From Armatimonadota bacterium (lineage in GTDB: Bacteria > Vulcanimicrobiota > JACPDS01 > JBDRKI01): a stretch of DNA of 15,980 nt. Both the position numbers and the translations under genes were made by a program. Within the stretch, counting starts at the first letter, position 1; each line of letters begins with the position of its first letter. The DNA lies in assembly GCA_043814095.1 (NCBI GenBank), contig JBDRKI010000072.1, positions 1 through 15,980 on the forward strand, in the 5' to 3' direction. Below are positions 1-8,294 of this stretch, piece after piece. The notes under the pieces are model-generated. The model made no database searches and had not been told where the DNA came from. It saw only the letters and a program-made list of their open reading frames with translations.

Positions 1-609
1 TATAAAGGCAGTATGATAAAAGAATATTTCTTAAATTACGAGTGCATGAACAATAATTTCACGATAAACTTAAAATCCCAGAGACAGATTATACACCATG
101 ACACTCATTCAGATGACTGGAATGTTACTCTTGTTGATACCGGGGTGGACACAAATACCGGCGGCAGGATAAAGAAAATAGAAAAATTCATAAAAAATGA
201 CACTTTTATGGTAACTTACGGCGACGGTGTCGCCAATGTAAACATAAAAGATCTTTTAAAGTTTCATAAAGACCACGGCAAGATAGCCACATTAACCGGG
301 CTTCATCCTATATCCAAATTTGGGGTTTTTCAGAAAAACGGCCCGCTGGTCACAAAATTTAAAGAAAAGCCCAAGATGGACGACCTTGTAAGCGGCGGGT
401 TTTTCGTGTTTAAAAAGGATTTTTTCAACTACCTTGACGATAATTCTATATTAGAAAAAGAACCGATGGAAGTGCTTGTGCAGAATAAGGAGCTGGGAGT
501 CTATACCCATGAAGGATTCTGGCACTGCATGGATACGTTTAAAGATGCAATGACATTAAACGAGATGTGGGAGAATAAATCCGCTTACTGGAAAGTCTGG
601 AAGAGTTGA
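1..609 (+). CDS. rfbF: Glucose-1-phosphate cytidylyltransferase, 5'-truncated by the window edge
   Basis: Frame 1 is open from base 1 (YKGSMIKEYFLNY, matching the RfbF GYKGxxIKEYF segment). It carries VTLVDTG..TNTGGRIKKI, FMVTYGDGVANVNI and HEGFWHCMDTFKD..LNEMW..AYWKVW motifs. The ATG at 13 is internal. Confidence 0.93.
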   Translation, partial: YKGSMIKEYFLNYECMNNNFTINLKSQRQIIHHDTHSDDWNVTLVDTGVDTNTGGRIKKIEKFIKNDTFMVTYGDGVANVNIKDLLKFHKDHGKIATLTGLHPISKFGVFQKNGPLVTKFKEKPKMDDLVSGGFFVFKKDFFNYLDDNSILEKEPMEVLVQNKELGVYTHEGFWHCMDTFKDAMTLNEMWENKSAYWKVWKS

Positions 610-631
610 TATTTTGGGGGAGGGTAATAAA

Positions 632-1645
632 ATGAAAAGTTTCTGGAAAGGTAAAAATGTTTTTGTGACGGGAGCTACCGGTTTTCTGGGCTCCCATATA
701 ACCGCGAGCCTTCTTGGAGAAGGAGCAAGGGTTATCGCTCTTGTAAGGGACTGTGTTCCTGAATCTAATTTTTACCACAGCGGTCTGGATAAGAAAGTAA
801 TAACCGTACGCGGCGAGCTCGAAGATTATTTTTTAATTGAGAGGATATTAAATGAATACGATATTGATACTGTATTTCATCTTGCTGCTCAAACGATTGT
901 ATCTATAGCCAACAGATCTCCTATATCCACTTTTGAGTCTAATATAAAAGGGACATGGAACCTGCTTGAAGCAGCCAGGGTATCGGAGACGGTTAAAAGA
1001 GTTGTCGTAACTTCATCAGATAAGGCATACGGCGACCACGAAGTCCTCCCTTATACCGAGAAAAGCGCCCTTTTGGCCGAATTCCCGTATGATGTTTCAA
1101 AAGCATGCGCTGATATGATAGCCCAGTCTTATGCCAAAACATTTGATATGGGTGTTATTGTCACAAGGTGCGCCAATCTTTTCGGGGGCGGGGACCTTAA
1201 TTTTAACAGGATAGTGCCCGGAGCCATATATTCGGCGTTAAAAGGGGAGAACCCGGTTATAAGGAGCGACGGCAAACTCGTAAGGGATTACCTTTATGTT
1301 AAAGACGCGGTTTACGCGATAATGCTGCTGGCTGAGAAAGCCGGAGAGTATAAAGGCGAGGCTTTTAACATAAGCAGTGACAATAAATTAAATGTTCTTG
1401 ATATTACCAATAAGATAATAGAGCTTATGGATAAATCCCATCTTAGTCCCGAGATATTAAATAGTGTTAAATGCGAGATAAAAGCCCAGTATTTATCAAG
1501 TGATAAAATAAGAAAGTTAATGAACTGGTCGCCTAAATATTCTCTTGATAACGGGTTAAAAGAGACCATAGACTGGTACAGGTCATACGCAAAGCAATCT
1601 GTTGCGGAACAACATGTTCCGGAACAACCCGTATCAGTGAATTAG
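632..1645 (+). CDS. rfbG: CDP-glucose 4,6-dehydratase-like extended SDR
   Basis: FWKGKNVFVTGATGFLG Rossmann motif, HLAAQ, TSSDKAY, PYDVSK (YxxxK) and RCANLFGGGD..RIVP; lies directly after rfbF. ATG at 632 follows a GGGAGG SD-like run, so it is preferred over TTG 614. Confidence 0.8.
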   Translation: MKSFWKGKNVFVTGATGFLGSHITASLLGEGARVIALVRDCVPESNFYHSGLDKKVITVRGELEDYFLIERILNEYDIDTVFHLAAQTIVSIANRSPISTFESNIKGTWNLLEAARVSETVKRVVVTSSDKAYGDHEVLPYTEKSALLAEFPYDVSKACADMIAQSYAKTFDMGVIVTRCANLFGGGDLNFNRIVPGAIYSALKGENPVIRSDGKLVRDYLYVKDAVYAIMLLAEKAGEYKGEAFNISSDNKLNVLDITNKIIELMDKSHLSPEILNSVKCEIKAQYLSSDKIRKLMNWSPKYSLDNGLKETIDWYRSYAKQSVAEQHVPEQPVSVN

Positions 1646-1664
1646 AAAAAGAACTGACTGTAAA

Positions 1665-1703
1665 TTATTATTAAGGCGGACCATGTGTCCGCCTTAATAA
1701 TAA
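1665..1703. repeat. Perfect 17-bp inverted repeat (hairpin) in the intergenic region
   Basis: TTATTATTAAGGCGGAC (1665-1681), loop CATGT, then GTCCGCCTTAATAATAA (1687-1703). No clean poly-U tract on either strand. Confidence 0.85.
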
Positions 1704-1749
1704 AATATAACAACATATAAATAATAATAATGTTTAAGGTGTAAAATAA

Positions 1750-2676
1750 ATGGATTTAAAGGATAAAAAGATATTAATTACGGGCGCTAACGGTTTTGTG
1801 GGGGTTAACCTTTTAAATAAACTGGAAAAGTATCATAAAAATATATACGCCGTAATTGAGCCTAAAACCGATATAGAAGCGGTTAAGAATATAAAATATG
1901 AATATATAGACATAACAGATCAGAAGAATTTAGAAAGCTATATAAAAAAAGCCGAACCCGATATTGTTATACACCTTGCGGCATATATTAATAAAGACAT
2001 GTCTGAATCCAATCTTGTAAAATCCACTAAAATTAACGTAGGAGGGACTCTTAATATTCTTGAAGCCGTAAGCGGGGTAAGTAAAAAAACTTTATTTTTG
2101 TTTGTAAGCACGGGAGAAGTTTACGGGCCTTTAAAACAGGTATCTTTTAAAGAAACAGCCAGATGCAGGCCGTTATCAGTGTATTCAATAACAAAGTTCT
2201 CGGCAGAGGATGCATGTTTAAGATATCATAAGGAATTCGGCTTCCCCGTTATTATTGTAAGGCCGTCAGTTATATACGGGCCGCACCAGAAAGAAGGTAT
2301 GTTTGTACCGGAGATTATAACCTCTCTTTTAAAGAATAAAAGCTTTGATATGACAGAAGGATCCCAGAAACGCGACTTTATATATATAGAACATTTTATT
2401 GACGGTATGACCGGACTGATAAATAAAGAAACTTCCGGTATATTTAATGTATCAGCAAATAAAGCTTATACAGTTAAAGATACGGCGCTTATGATAAAGA
2501 AATTAACGGGCAGTACTGCCGGATTAAATATGGGGGCGTTAAAATACAGGGAGAACGAAATCTGGAACTACCGGCTTGATAATTCAAAATTGAAAAAAGA
2601 GACCGGATTTTCTCCCGTGTATTCTATTGAACAGGGATTTTCCGAAACTATTAAATGGTACAGGGAAAAACTATGA
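1750..2676 (+). CDS. NAD-dependent epimerase/dehydratase/4-reductase (extended SDR; resembles the CDP-sugar reductase type)
   Basis: ILITGANGFVG, HLAA, STGEVYG, YSITK (YxxxK), RPSVIYGP and QKRDFIYI motifs; downstream of rfbFG. Confidence 0.8.
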   Translation: MDLKDKKILITGANGFVGVNLLNKLEKYHKNIYAVIEPKTDIEAVKNIKYEYIDITDQKNLESYIKKAEPDIVIHLAAYINKDMSESNLVKSTKINVGGTLNILEAVSGVSKKTLFLFVSTGEVYGPLKQVSFKETARCRPLSVYSITKFSAEDACLRYHKEFGFPVIIVRPSVIYGPHQKEGMFVPEIITSLLKNKSFDMTEGSQKRDFIYIEHFIDGMTGLINKETSGIFNVSANKAYTVKDTALMIKKLTGSTAGLNMGALKYRENEIWNYRLDNSKLKKETGFSPVYSIEQGFSETIKWYREKL

Positions 2677-3371
2677 GTCATGAAAATATAATAACTCAGA
2701 ATAATTTAGAATCGGTTGATAAATACTTCGGCTGGATTTATTCAACCATAAAGCCTTATATAGGGAAAAGAATACTTGATATAGGGTGCGCAAGGGGAAA
2801 TATATCCGATTTTGTAAAAGATAAAGAACTTGTTATTGGTATTGATATACTCACGGAATTTGTTGATGCCTATAATAAAAGATTTGAAGATTATAATAAT
2901 GTATATGCAGTAAAGAAAGATATATCTAAGGAAAATCTGGATATTTTTACAGATAAGAAGATTGATACCGTAATATGTTTAAATATACTGGAACATATAG
3001 AGGATGACCTGTCCGTACTTAAGAATATGCATAAGGTTTTAGATAGTAAAGGCAGAGTTATTATCCAGGTACCTGCTTTTATGTGGCTTTACGGGACACT
3101 GGATAAAGCCGACCTTCACTTCAGAAGATACTCAAAAACAGAAATTGTTAATAAAGTTAAAAATGCAGGGTTTAAGATACATAAAAGCTTTTATTTTAAT
3201 TTTCCCGGGATAATAGGATGGTATCTTAGCGGCAAAGTATTTAAGGATGAGCACTTTAAATCAGACAGGGGGAAGCTCTTTAATACGGTTATACCGGTTA
3301 TTAAATTTGTTGAGACGGCCGTACGGCCGCCTTTGGGGTTATCCGTATTTGTTATTGCTGGGAAAATGTGA
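2673..3371 (+). CDS. Class I SAM-dependent methyltransferase
   Basis: ILDIGCARG motif I, VIGIDI, VICLNILEHIEDD and QVPAFMWLYG..D..HFRRY. ATG 2673 overlaps the upstream TGA (ATGA), suggesting translational coupling. Confidence 0.85.
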   Translation: MSHENIITQNNLESVDKYFGWIYSTIKPYIGKRILDIGCARGNISDFVKDKELVIGIDILTEFVDAYNKRFEDYNNVYAVKKDISKENLDIFTDKKIDTVICLNILEHIEDDLSVLKNMHKVLDSKGRVIIQVPAFMWLYGTLDKADLHFRRYSKTEIVNKVKNAGFKIHKSFYFNFPGIIGWYLSGKVFKDEHFKSDRGKLFNTVIPVIKFVETAVRPPLGLSVFVIAGKM

Positions 3372-3405
3372 TATTATTTATTGATAATAAAGGTTAGGGG
3401 TTATT

Positions 3406-4086
3406 ATGTATAGAGACAAAAAAATAACGGTTTTTATACCGTGCCATAATGAAGAAAAAGGCATAGACAGGGTAATAAAGATGGTTCCCGATTTTGTGGA
3501 TGAGGTATTTGTTATAGATAACGCGTCAACTGACGGGACCGTGGATAAAGCAAGAGGAGCCGGTGCCAGAGTAGTAAGGAATCTGTCCAACCTGGGATAC
3601 GGCGGATCATATCTTAAAGGCCTGCCAGTAGTAGAGGGAGATATTATAATTACGACAGACGGTGACGGTACATACCCGATATGGAAAGTTAAGGAAATGC
3701 TGGATTATTTTATAGATAATGATCTTGATTTTATATCAGGAGCAAGGTTTCCTTTAAAGGACAAGTATTCCATGCGCAAGCGCAACCGTTTCGGCAATTA
3801 TGTGCTCACAAAAATCGTAAATACATTCTACGGGCTTAAGCTTAAAGACGGCCAGAGCGGCATGTGGATGTTTAAAAAAGACATCCTGCCTCTTATGAAG
3901 CTAAAAGGGACGGGTATGGAATTTTCCAACGAGATAAAGATAGAAGCATTTAAGAACAAAGACATAAAAGCGGAAGAATACCATATAGATTACGCCGAAA
4001 GAATAGGGACAAGCAAGCTTTATCCGGTTGTGGACGGTATAAAAATGCTGGGTTTTCTTGTAAAGAAAAAATATTTTATGAAATAG
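3406..4086 (+). CDS. GT2 glycosyltransferase, DPM1/polyprenol-phosphate glycosyltransferase-like
   Basis: VFIPCHNEE, IDNASTDGT, NLGYGG, TDGDGTY (DxD), ISGARF, DGQSG and YAERIGTSKL; 226 aa with no obvious TM tail. Confidence 0.88.
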   Translation: MYRDKKITVFIPCHNEEKGIDRVIKMVPDFVDEVFVIDNASTDGTVDKARGAGARVVRNLSNLGYGGSYLKGLPVVEGDIIITTDGDGTYPIWKVKEMLDYFIDNDLDFISGARFPLKDKYSMRKRNRFGNYVLTKIVNTFYGLKLKDGQSGMWMFKKDILPLMKLKGTGMEFSNEIKIEAFKNKDIKAEEYHIDYAERIGTSKLYPVVDGIKMLGFLVKKKYFMK

Positions 4087-4099
4087 TAAAAATAATTAT

Positions 4100-5680
4100 A
4101 TGTTTAATTTAAAAACGGAATTTAAAATAATATTGTTTCTTATCATAATGTTTACCTGTTTTTATTCCTTATTTATACCGGGAAGCATCGGCGGGGACGG
4201 GTACCAGGTTTATCTTACCGCTAAAAATCTTGTTTTAAACGGTAAATTGCATATAGCGGAACAGGATCTAACTCCTCTTTTAAAACAAACCTATTATTAC
4301 AACAAAGCAGACGGGCATCACTATTTCGGATACGGGATACTGCAGGCATTAATTATGATACCCTTTTACATTAAAGGCCTTCTTTTATCCAAGATAAGTG
4401 GTATAGACCAGGGACTTTTAACAAAACTCTTTGTTAATTTTGCCAACTGTTTAATTACGGCTCTTATTATAGCGGGGTTGTATATACTCTCAAGACTGCT
4501 TAACTACGGCATTAAAATATCTATTATATTAGGGGTGTTTGCCGGCATAACAACAATGCTGTGGAATTATTCAAAAGAAAGTTTCTCGGAACCCCTGTCC
4601 TGTTTATTATTTGTATTCGCTTTTATATTCGCGGTTCTATATAAAAATAATAATAGCAGTAAGGGTAGCAATGCCGATAATAATAAATATGTATTTTATT
4701 CATCAATTTTTTTAGGGTTATCCCTTTTAACAAAAATAGCTAACATTATATTTATTATCCCTCTTCTTATTTATTTCGGTTTAACAGTTTATAATAATAA
4801 AAAAGAAAATAAAAAATTAACAAATTTTATAAAAGCACTTTTCATTATTGCATTAACAACTGTATTTTTCATGTTTATTAATATGTATGTAAATAAAATA
4901 AGGTTTGGTTCTTTCCTGCATCTTGGGTATATTGATCTTGCAAACCCCGGGCAGCTTCATGAAACCGCAAAAAAATCAGGTATTTTAACGGTATTTTATG
5001 GCTTTGTTTTAAGCTCAGGAAGAAGCATATTCCTTTATAATCCCGTTCTTATAGCTGCATTATTCGGGATTGCCTCTTTTTATAAAAAATTTAAAGAGGA
5101 ATCATGGGCGGTTTTAAGTTTTGTTATCATATCTTTTCTTTTATTTTCCAGCGTACCTTTCTGGTACGGCGGCCTATGCTGGGGGCCCAGGTATTTATAC
5201 CCCATTATACCTTTTCTTATGCTTCCCTTAGGGGAAGTTTTTACCGAAAAGAGGTTTGAGTTTATTAAAAAAAGAATCTTGCCTATTCTTGTAATTTTGG
5301 GTATATTAATTCAGATACCGTCTGTTATGGTAAATTATTTTTGCTGGGACGGGATCTTAGCTAAAAACGGCATTGATAAAGACAAGCTTTTGTTTGTGCC
5401 TGAGTATTCTCAGGTTGCGGGGAGTATAAAGGTACTTAATGCCGGCATAAAAGATAATTATATAATAGACTTAAACGGCATTAAGGAGAATCTTTCGGAG
5501 TATGCATCTATATCGCCCTGTATTATAAGGGGATTAAAAGGGAGTATAGAGAAACAGTCTGGTGTCGTTATACATATAAGTACGGCACAGAGAATTATAT
5601 TATTTTTATGGATGCTCTTTTTAATATTTATGGTCATTATTTCTGCTGGGGTATTGTATAAGAAAGCTAAATACTCTTAA
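4100..5680 (+). CDS. Polytopic membrane protein, probable GT-C (ArnT/PMT-like) lipid-carrier-dependent glycosyltransferase
   Basis: Many hydrophobic segments; acidic residue in the first external loop (GGDG); YSKESFSEP, LSLLTK, GRSIFLYNPVL and WYGGLCWGPRYLYPIIPFL motifs seen in GT-C-like proteins; adjacent to a DPM1-like GT2. Confidence 0.68.
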   Translation: MFNLKTEFKIILFLIIMFTCFYSLFIPGSIGGDGYQVYLTAKNLVLNGKLHIAEQDLTPLLKQTYYYNKADGHHYFGYGILQALIMIPFYIKGLLLSKISGIDQGLLTKLFVNFANCLITALIIAGLYILSRLLNYGIKISIILGVFAGITTMLWNYSKESFSEPLSCLLFVFAFIFAVLYKNNNSSKGSNADNNKYVFYSSIFLGLSLLTKIANIIFIIPLLIYFGLTVYNNKKENKKLTNFIKALFIIALTTVFFMFINMYVNKIRFGSFLHLGYIDLANPGQLHETAKKSGILTVFYGFVLSSGRSIFLYNPVLIAALFGIASFYKKFKEESWAVLSFVIISFLLFSSVPFWYGGLCWGPRYLYPIIPFLMLPLGEVFTEKRFEFIKKRILPILVILGILIQIPSVMVNYFCWDGILAKNGIDKDKLLFVPEYSQVAGSIKVLNAGIKDNYIIDLNGIKENLSEYASISPCIIRGLKGSIEKQSGVVIHISTAQRIILFLWMLFLIFMVIISAGVLYKKAKYS

Positions 5681-5700
5681 GCATTAAAAAAGGTTAAGAT

Positions 5701-7146
5701 ATGCACGAGAACGCGTCAAAAAAGATTGTTATTCTGGGCGGCGGCATAGCCGGCATGGTTGCCGCTTATAAGCTTGCTCAGGTGGGTTTTAAAGTTAATT
5801 TAATAGAATCAAAGCCCCGGCTGGGAGGATTATCAACTACCCTTAAGCTTGAGGACTGTTATTTTGATTACGGGCCTCATGCTTTCCATGTGCAGATTGA
5901 GAAAGCAGTTCAAGAAGTAAAAGGTATTCTCGGTGATGAGATGGAGATGAGGCATTTCACATCTCAGGTTTATTTCATGAATAAATACCTCCATCACCCG
6001 CTTACCTTAAAGGATATTTTATTCGGGGTTCCTAAAAAACTTTCAGCGCAGGCAACAGCTGATTTTATAAAAACAAGACTTCAGAATAAGATACGCAAAA
6101 GAGAAGATCTTTCTTTCAGGGACTGGGTTGTTAACCGTTTCGGGAAAAAACTACACGATATTTATTTCGGTTCATATACGCAGAAAGTATGGGGAAGGGA
6201 CCCGGCAAGGCTTGCCTCTAAATTTGCTTCAGATAGAATACCGGTGACAAGTTTATGGGAAGCAATGTCAAAGATGGTTTTCGGGAACCTTGTAAGCAAG
6301 AATAACGAGCATGCGCATTCCCCGTACGGGAAAAGGTTCTATTATCCTAAAACAGGCGGTATAGGCAGATTCATAGAGCTCTTAGAGGGTAAATTAAAGG
6401 AACTTGGTGTTGAGATCCATACCGACTCTCACGCAAGGGAGATAATAATAGAAGGCAATACCGCTAAAAAAGTTATCTGCCGCTATCCTGATGCTGAAAA
6501 GACAGTGGAATTTGACTATCTTTTAAATACTATACCAATAACAGAGCTTACAAAAGCAGTAAAACCCGTCTTAAGTGATGAACTTTTAACAGCATCGGAT
6601 AATTTAAATTATAGGGCACTGGTATTTCTTTTCCTTATTGTTGATAAGGAAAGAATAACAAAGAATAACTGGGTGTATTTTGCGCCTCCAAGTATATTAT
6701 TTAACCGTCTTTATGAGATAAAGAATTTCGGCGAGAATACCGCGCCTCCGGGAAAAACAGGGCTCTGCCTTGAGATAACCTGTGATAAAGGCGATGCGGT
6801 CTGGAATATGTCTCTTGAAGATACCTACAGAAGGTGTATAAAAGAGCTTGAAGAAGCAAGATTTATAAAAGAGAGTGATGTTTCGTATTATTCTTACGAG
6901 AAAACTCCTTACGGCTATCCTATTTATGAGATAGGATACGAGTCCAACCTTGTAAAGCTTATAGAGTATTTTGACGGGATACAAAATCTTATAACCTTCG
7001 GGAGGCAGGGTCTGTTCACTTATACGAACATGGATCATTCGGTTGATATGGCTTTAAATATCGCTGATTACCTCCAGCATCCGGAGAATTTTAAAACCAA
7101 GATAAAGGCAAAAAATTTATTTGTAAATTATATCTTGAGCTATTAA
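5701..7146 (+). CDS. FAD-dependent oxidoreductase of the protoporphyrinogen-oxidase/UDP-galactopyranose-mutase-like family
   Basis: VILGGGIAG FAD motif, RLGGLS, FDYGPHAF, YTQKVWG, FYYPKTGG, GYPIY and C-terminal GRQGLFTYTNMDHS, similar to UGM-like GRxGxxxYxxxDH; sugar-nucleotide context. Confidence 0.75.
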   Translation: MHENASKKIVILGGGIAGMVAAYKLAQVGFKVNLIESKPRLGGLSTTLKLEDCYFDYGPHAFHVQIEKAVQEVKGILGDEMEMRHFTSQVYFMNKYLHHPLTLKDILFGVPKKLSAQATADFIKTRLQNKIRKREDLSFRDWVVNRFGKKLHDIYFGSYTQKVWGRDPARLASKFASDRIPVTSLWEAMSKMVFGNLVSKNNEHAHSPYGKRFYYPKTGGIGRFIELLEGKLKELGVEIHTDSHAREIIIEGNTAKKVICRYPDAEKTVEFDYLLNTIPITELTKAVKPVLSDELLTASDNLNYRALVFLFLIVDKERITKNNWVYFAPPSILFNRLYEIKNFGENTAPPGKTGLCLEITCDKGDAVWNMSLEDTYRRCIKELEEARFIKESDVSYYSYEKTPYGYPIYEIGYESNLVKLIEYFDGIQNLITFGRQGLFTYTNMDHSVDMALNIADYLQHPENFKTKIKAKNLFVNYILSY

Positions 7147-7148
7147 AT

Positions 7149-8294
7149 ATGGAAGCATTAAAATTGAAAAAAAACAGAAAAAAGATAAATATCGTTTCTC
7201 CTGTTCTGCCTAAACTCTCGGAGATAAGCACAGAGCTTAGAGAGATACTTAAAAACGGTCATCTTACTAATAATGCAAAATATGTACCTGCCTTTGAGAA
7301 GAAGATGGAAGAGTATCTCGGGGTAAAACACTGTGTTGCTTTAGCTAACGGTATGCTGGCTCTTGTGCTGGCACTTAAGGCAATGGGTTTAAAGGGTGAA
7401 GTTATACTCCCCAGCTTTACTTTCTCCGCAACCGCTCATGCTGTCGTATGGGCAGGATTGACACCTGTTTTTGCGGATATTGATCCTGAGACTTTTAATA
7501 TAGATCCTGAAGATATAGAGAGAAAGATTACTCCGGAAACTTGTGCAATATTACCTGTTAACACATACGGGAATGTATGTAATATAGAAGCTCTTAATAA
7601 TATATCTGAAAAACATAATTTAAAAGTTCTTTATGATTCCGCACATGCTTTAGGTACTGTATATAAAGGCAGAAGGGTAGGGGGCTCAGGTAGTGCTGAG
7701 ATGTTCAGCTTCCATGCGACTAAGATACTTCCCGCCGGTGAGGGCGGCCTCATATCCACAAATGATACGGAATTATACGAAAAACTCCTTTTATACAGGG
7801 TATTCGGTGCAGAAGGCGGGGATAATGACTGTATATTAGCCGGTTTTAACGGCAAGATGCCTGAATTTTCAGCGATTCTAGCTCTTAAGGGGTTATCTAA
7901 GCTTGATCACTATATTAAAACAAGAAAAACCGCCGCAGAGAGGCTTTATGCCGGGCTTAAGAAGCTTAAGGGAATAAAATTCCAGGAAATACATCCCGGT
8001 ACTATAATAAACCATCAGTATTTCCCTGTAATTATAGATGAGAATGAATTCGGCGCCTCAAGAGATGAGGTATTTGAATTTTTAAAACAAGATGATATAA
8101 TAGCGAGAAAGTATTTTTATCCGCCTATACATAAATACACGTGCTATAATAATTTAAATACAGGTACTCTTGAAAATACGGAATATGTATCTGAAAGAAT
8201 AATGTGCCTGCCGTTTTACTCTGATATGAAAAAATCTGATGTAAACAGGATAATAAAGGCGTTTAAAGATATAAGCCGGAGGGTGAAAAAATGA
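7149..8294 (+). CDS. DegT/DnrJ/EryC1/StrS PLP-dependent sugar aminotransferase (VioA-like)
   Basis: PSFTFSATAHA, PVFADID, YDSAHALG, SFHATK with the catalytic Lys, GEGG, GFNGKM and RKYFYP. Confidence 0.9.
   Translation: MEALKLKKNRKKINIVSPVLPKLSEISTELREILKNGHLTNNAKYVPAFEKKMEEYLGVKHCVALANGMLALVLALKAMGLKGEVILPSFTFSATAHAVVWAGLTPVFADIDPETFNIDPEDIERKITPETCAILPVNTYGNVCNIEALNNISEKHNLKVLYDSAHALGTVYKGRRVGGSGSAEMFSFHATKILPAGEGGLISTNDTELYEKLLLYRVFGAEGGDNDCILAGFNGKMPEFSAILALKGLSKLDHYIKTRKTAAERLYAGLKKLKGIKFQEIHPGTIINHQYFPVIIDENEFGASRDEVFEFLKQDDIIARKYFYPPIHKYTCYNNLNTGTLENTEYVSERIMCLPFYSDMKKSDVNRIIKAFKDISRRVKK

Noticed and set aside
1607-1619. GAAC-N5-GTTC resembling a Firmicutes LexA (Cheo) box
   Set aside because: The spacing is 5 rather than the canonical 4, and it lies inside a coding region within a local duplication.
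4641-4690. Asn/Ser-rich stretch (NNNSSKGSNADNNK) with AAT repeats as a possible contingency locus
   Set aside because: The triplet runs are only about three units long and in frame; this looks like an ordinary variable loop between TM helices.
5701-7146. Annotation as heme-pathway protoporphyrinogen oxidase HemY
   Set aside because: No tetrapyrrole genes are nearby, and the C-terminal motif and context fit UGM-like sugar enzymes better.
7166-7183. Poly-A runs near the aminotransferase 5' end as a phase-variation tract
   Set aside because: Short A-runs encoding Lys are common throughout this AT-rich window and the frame is intact.
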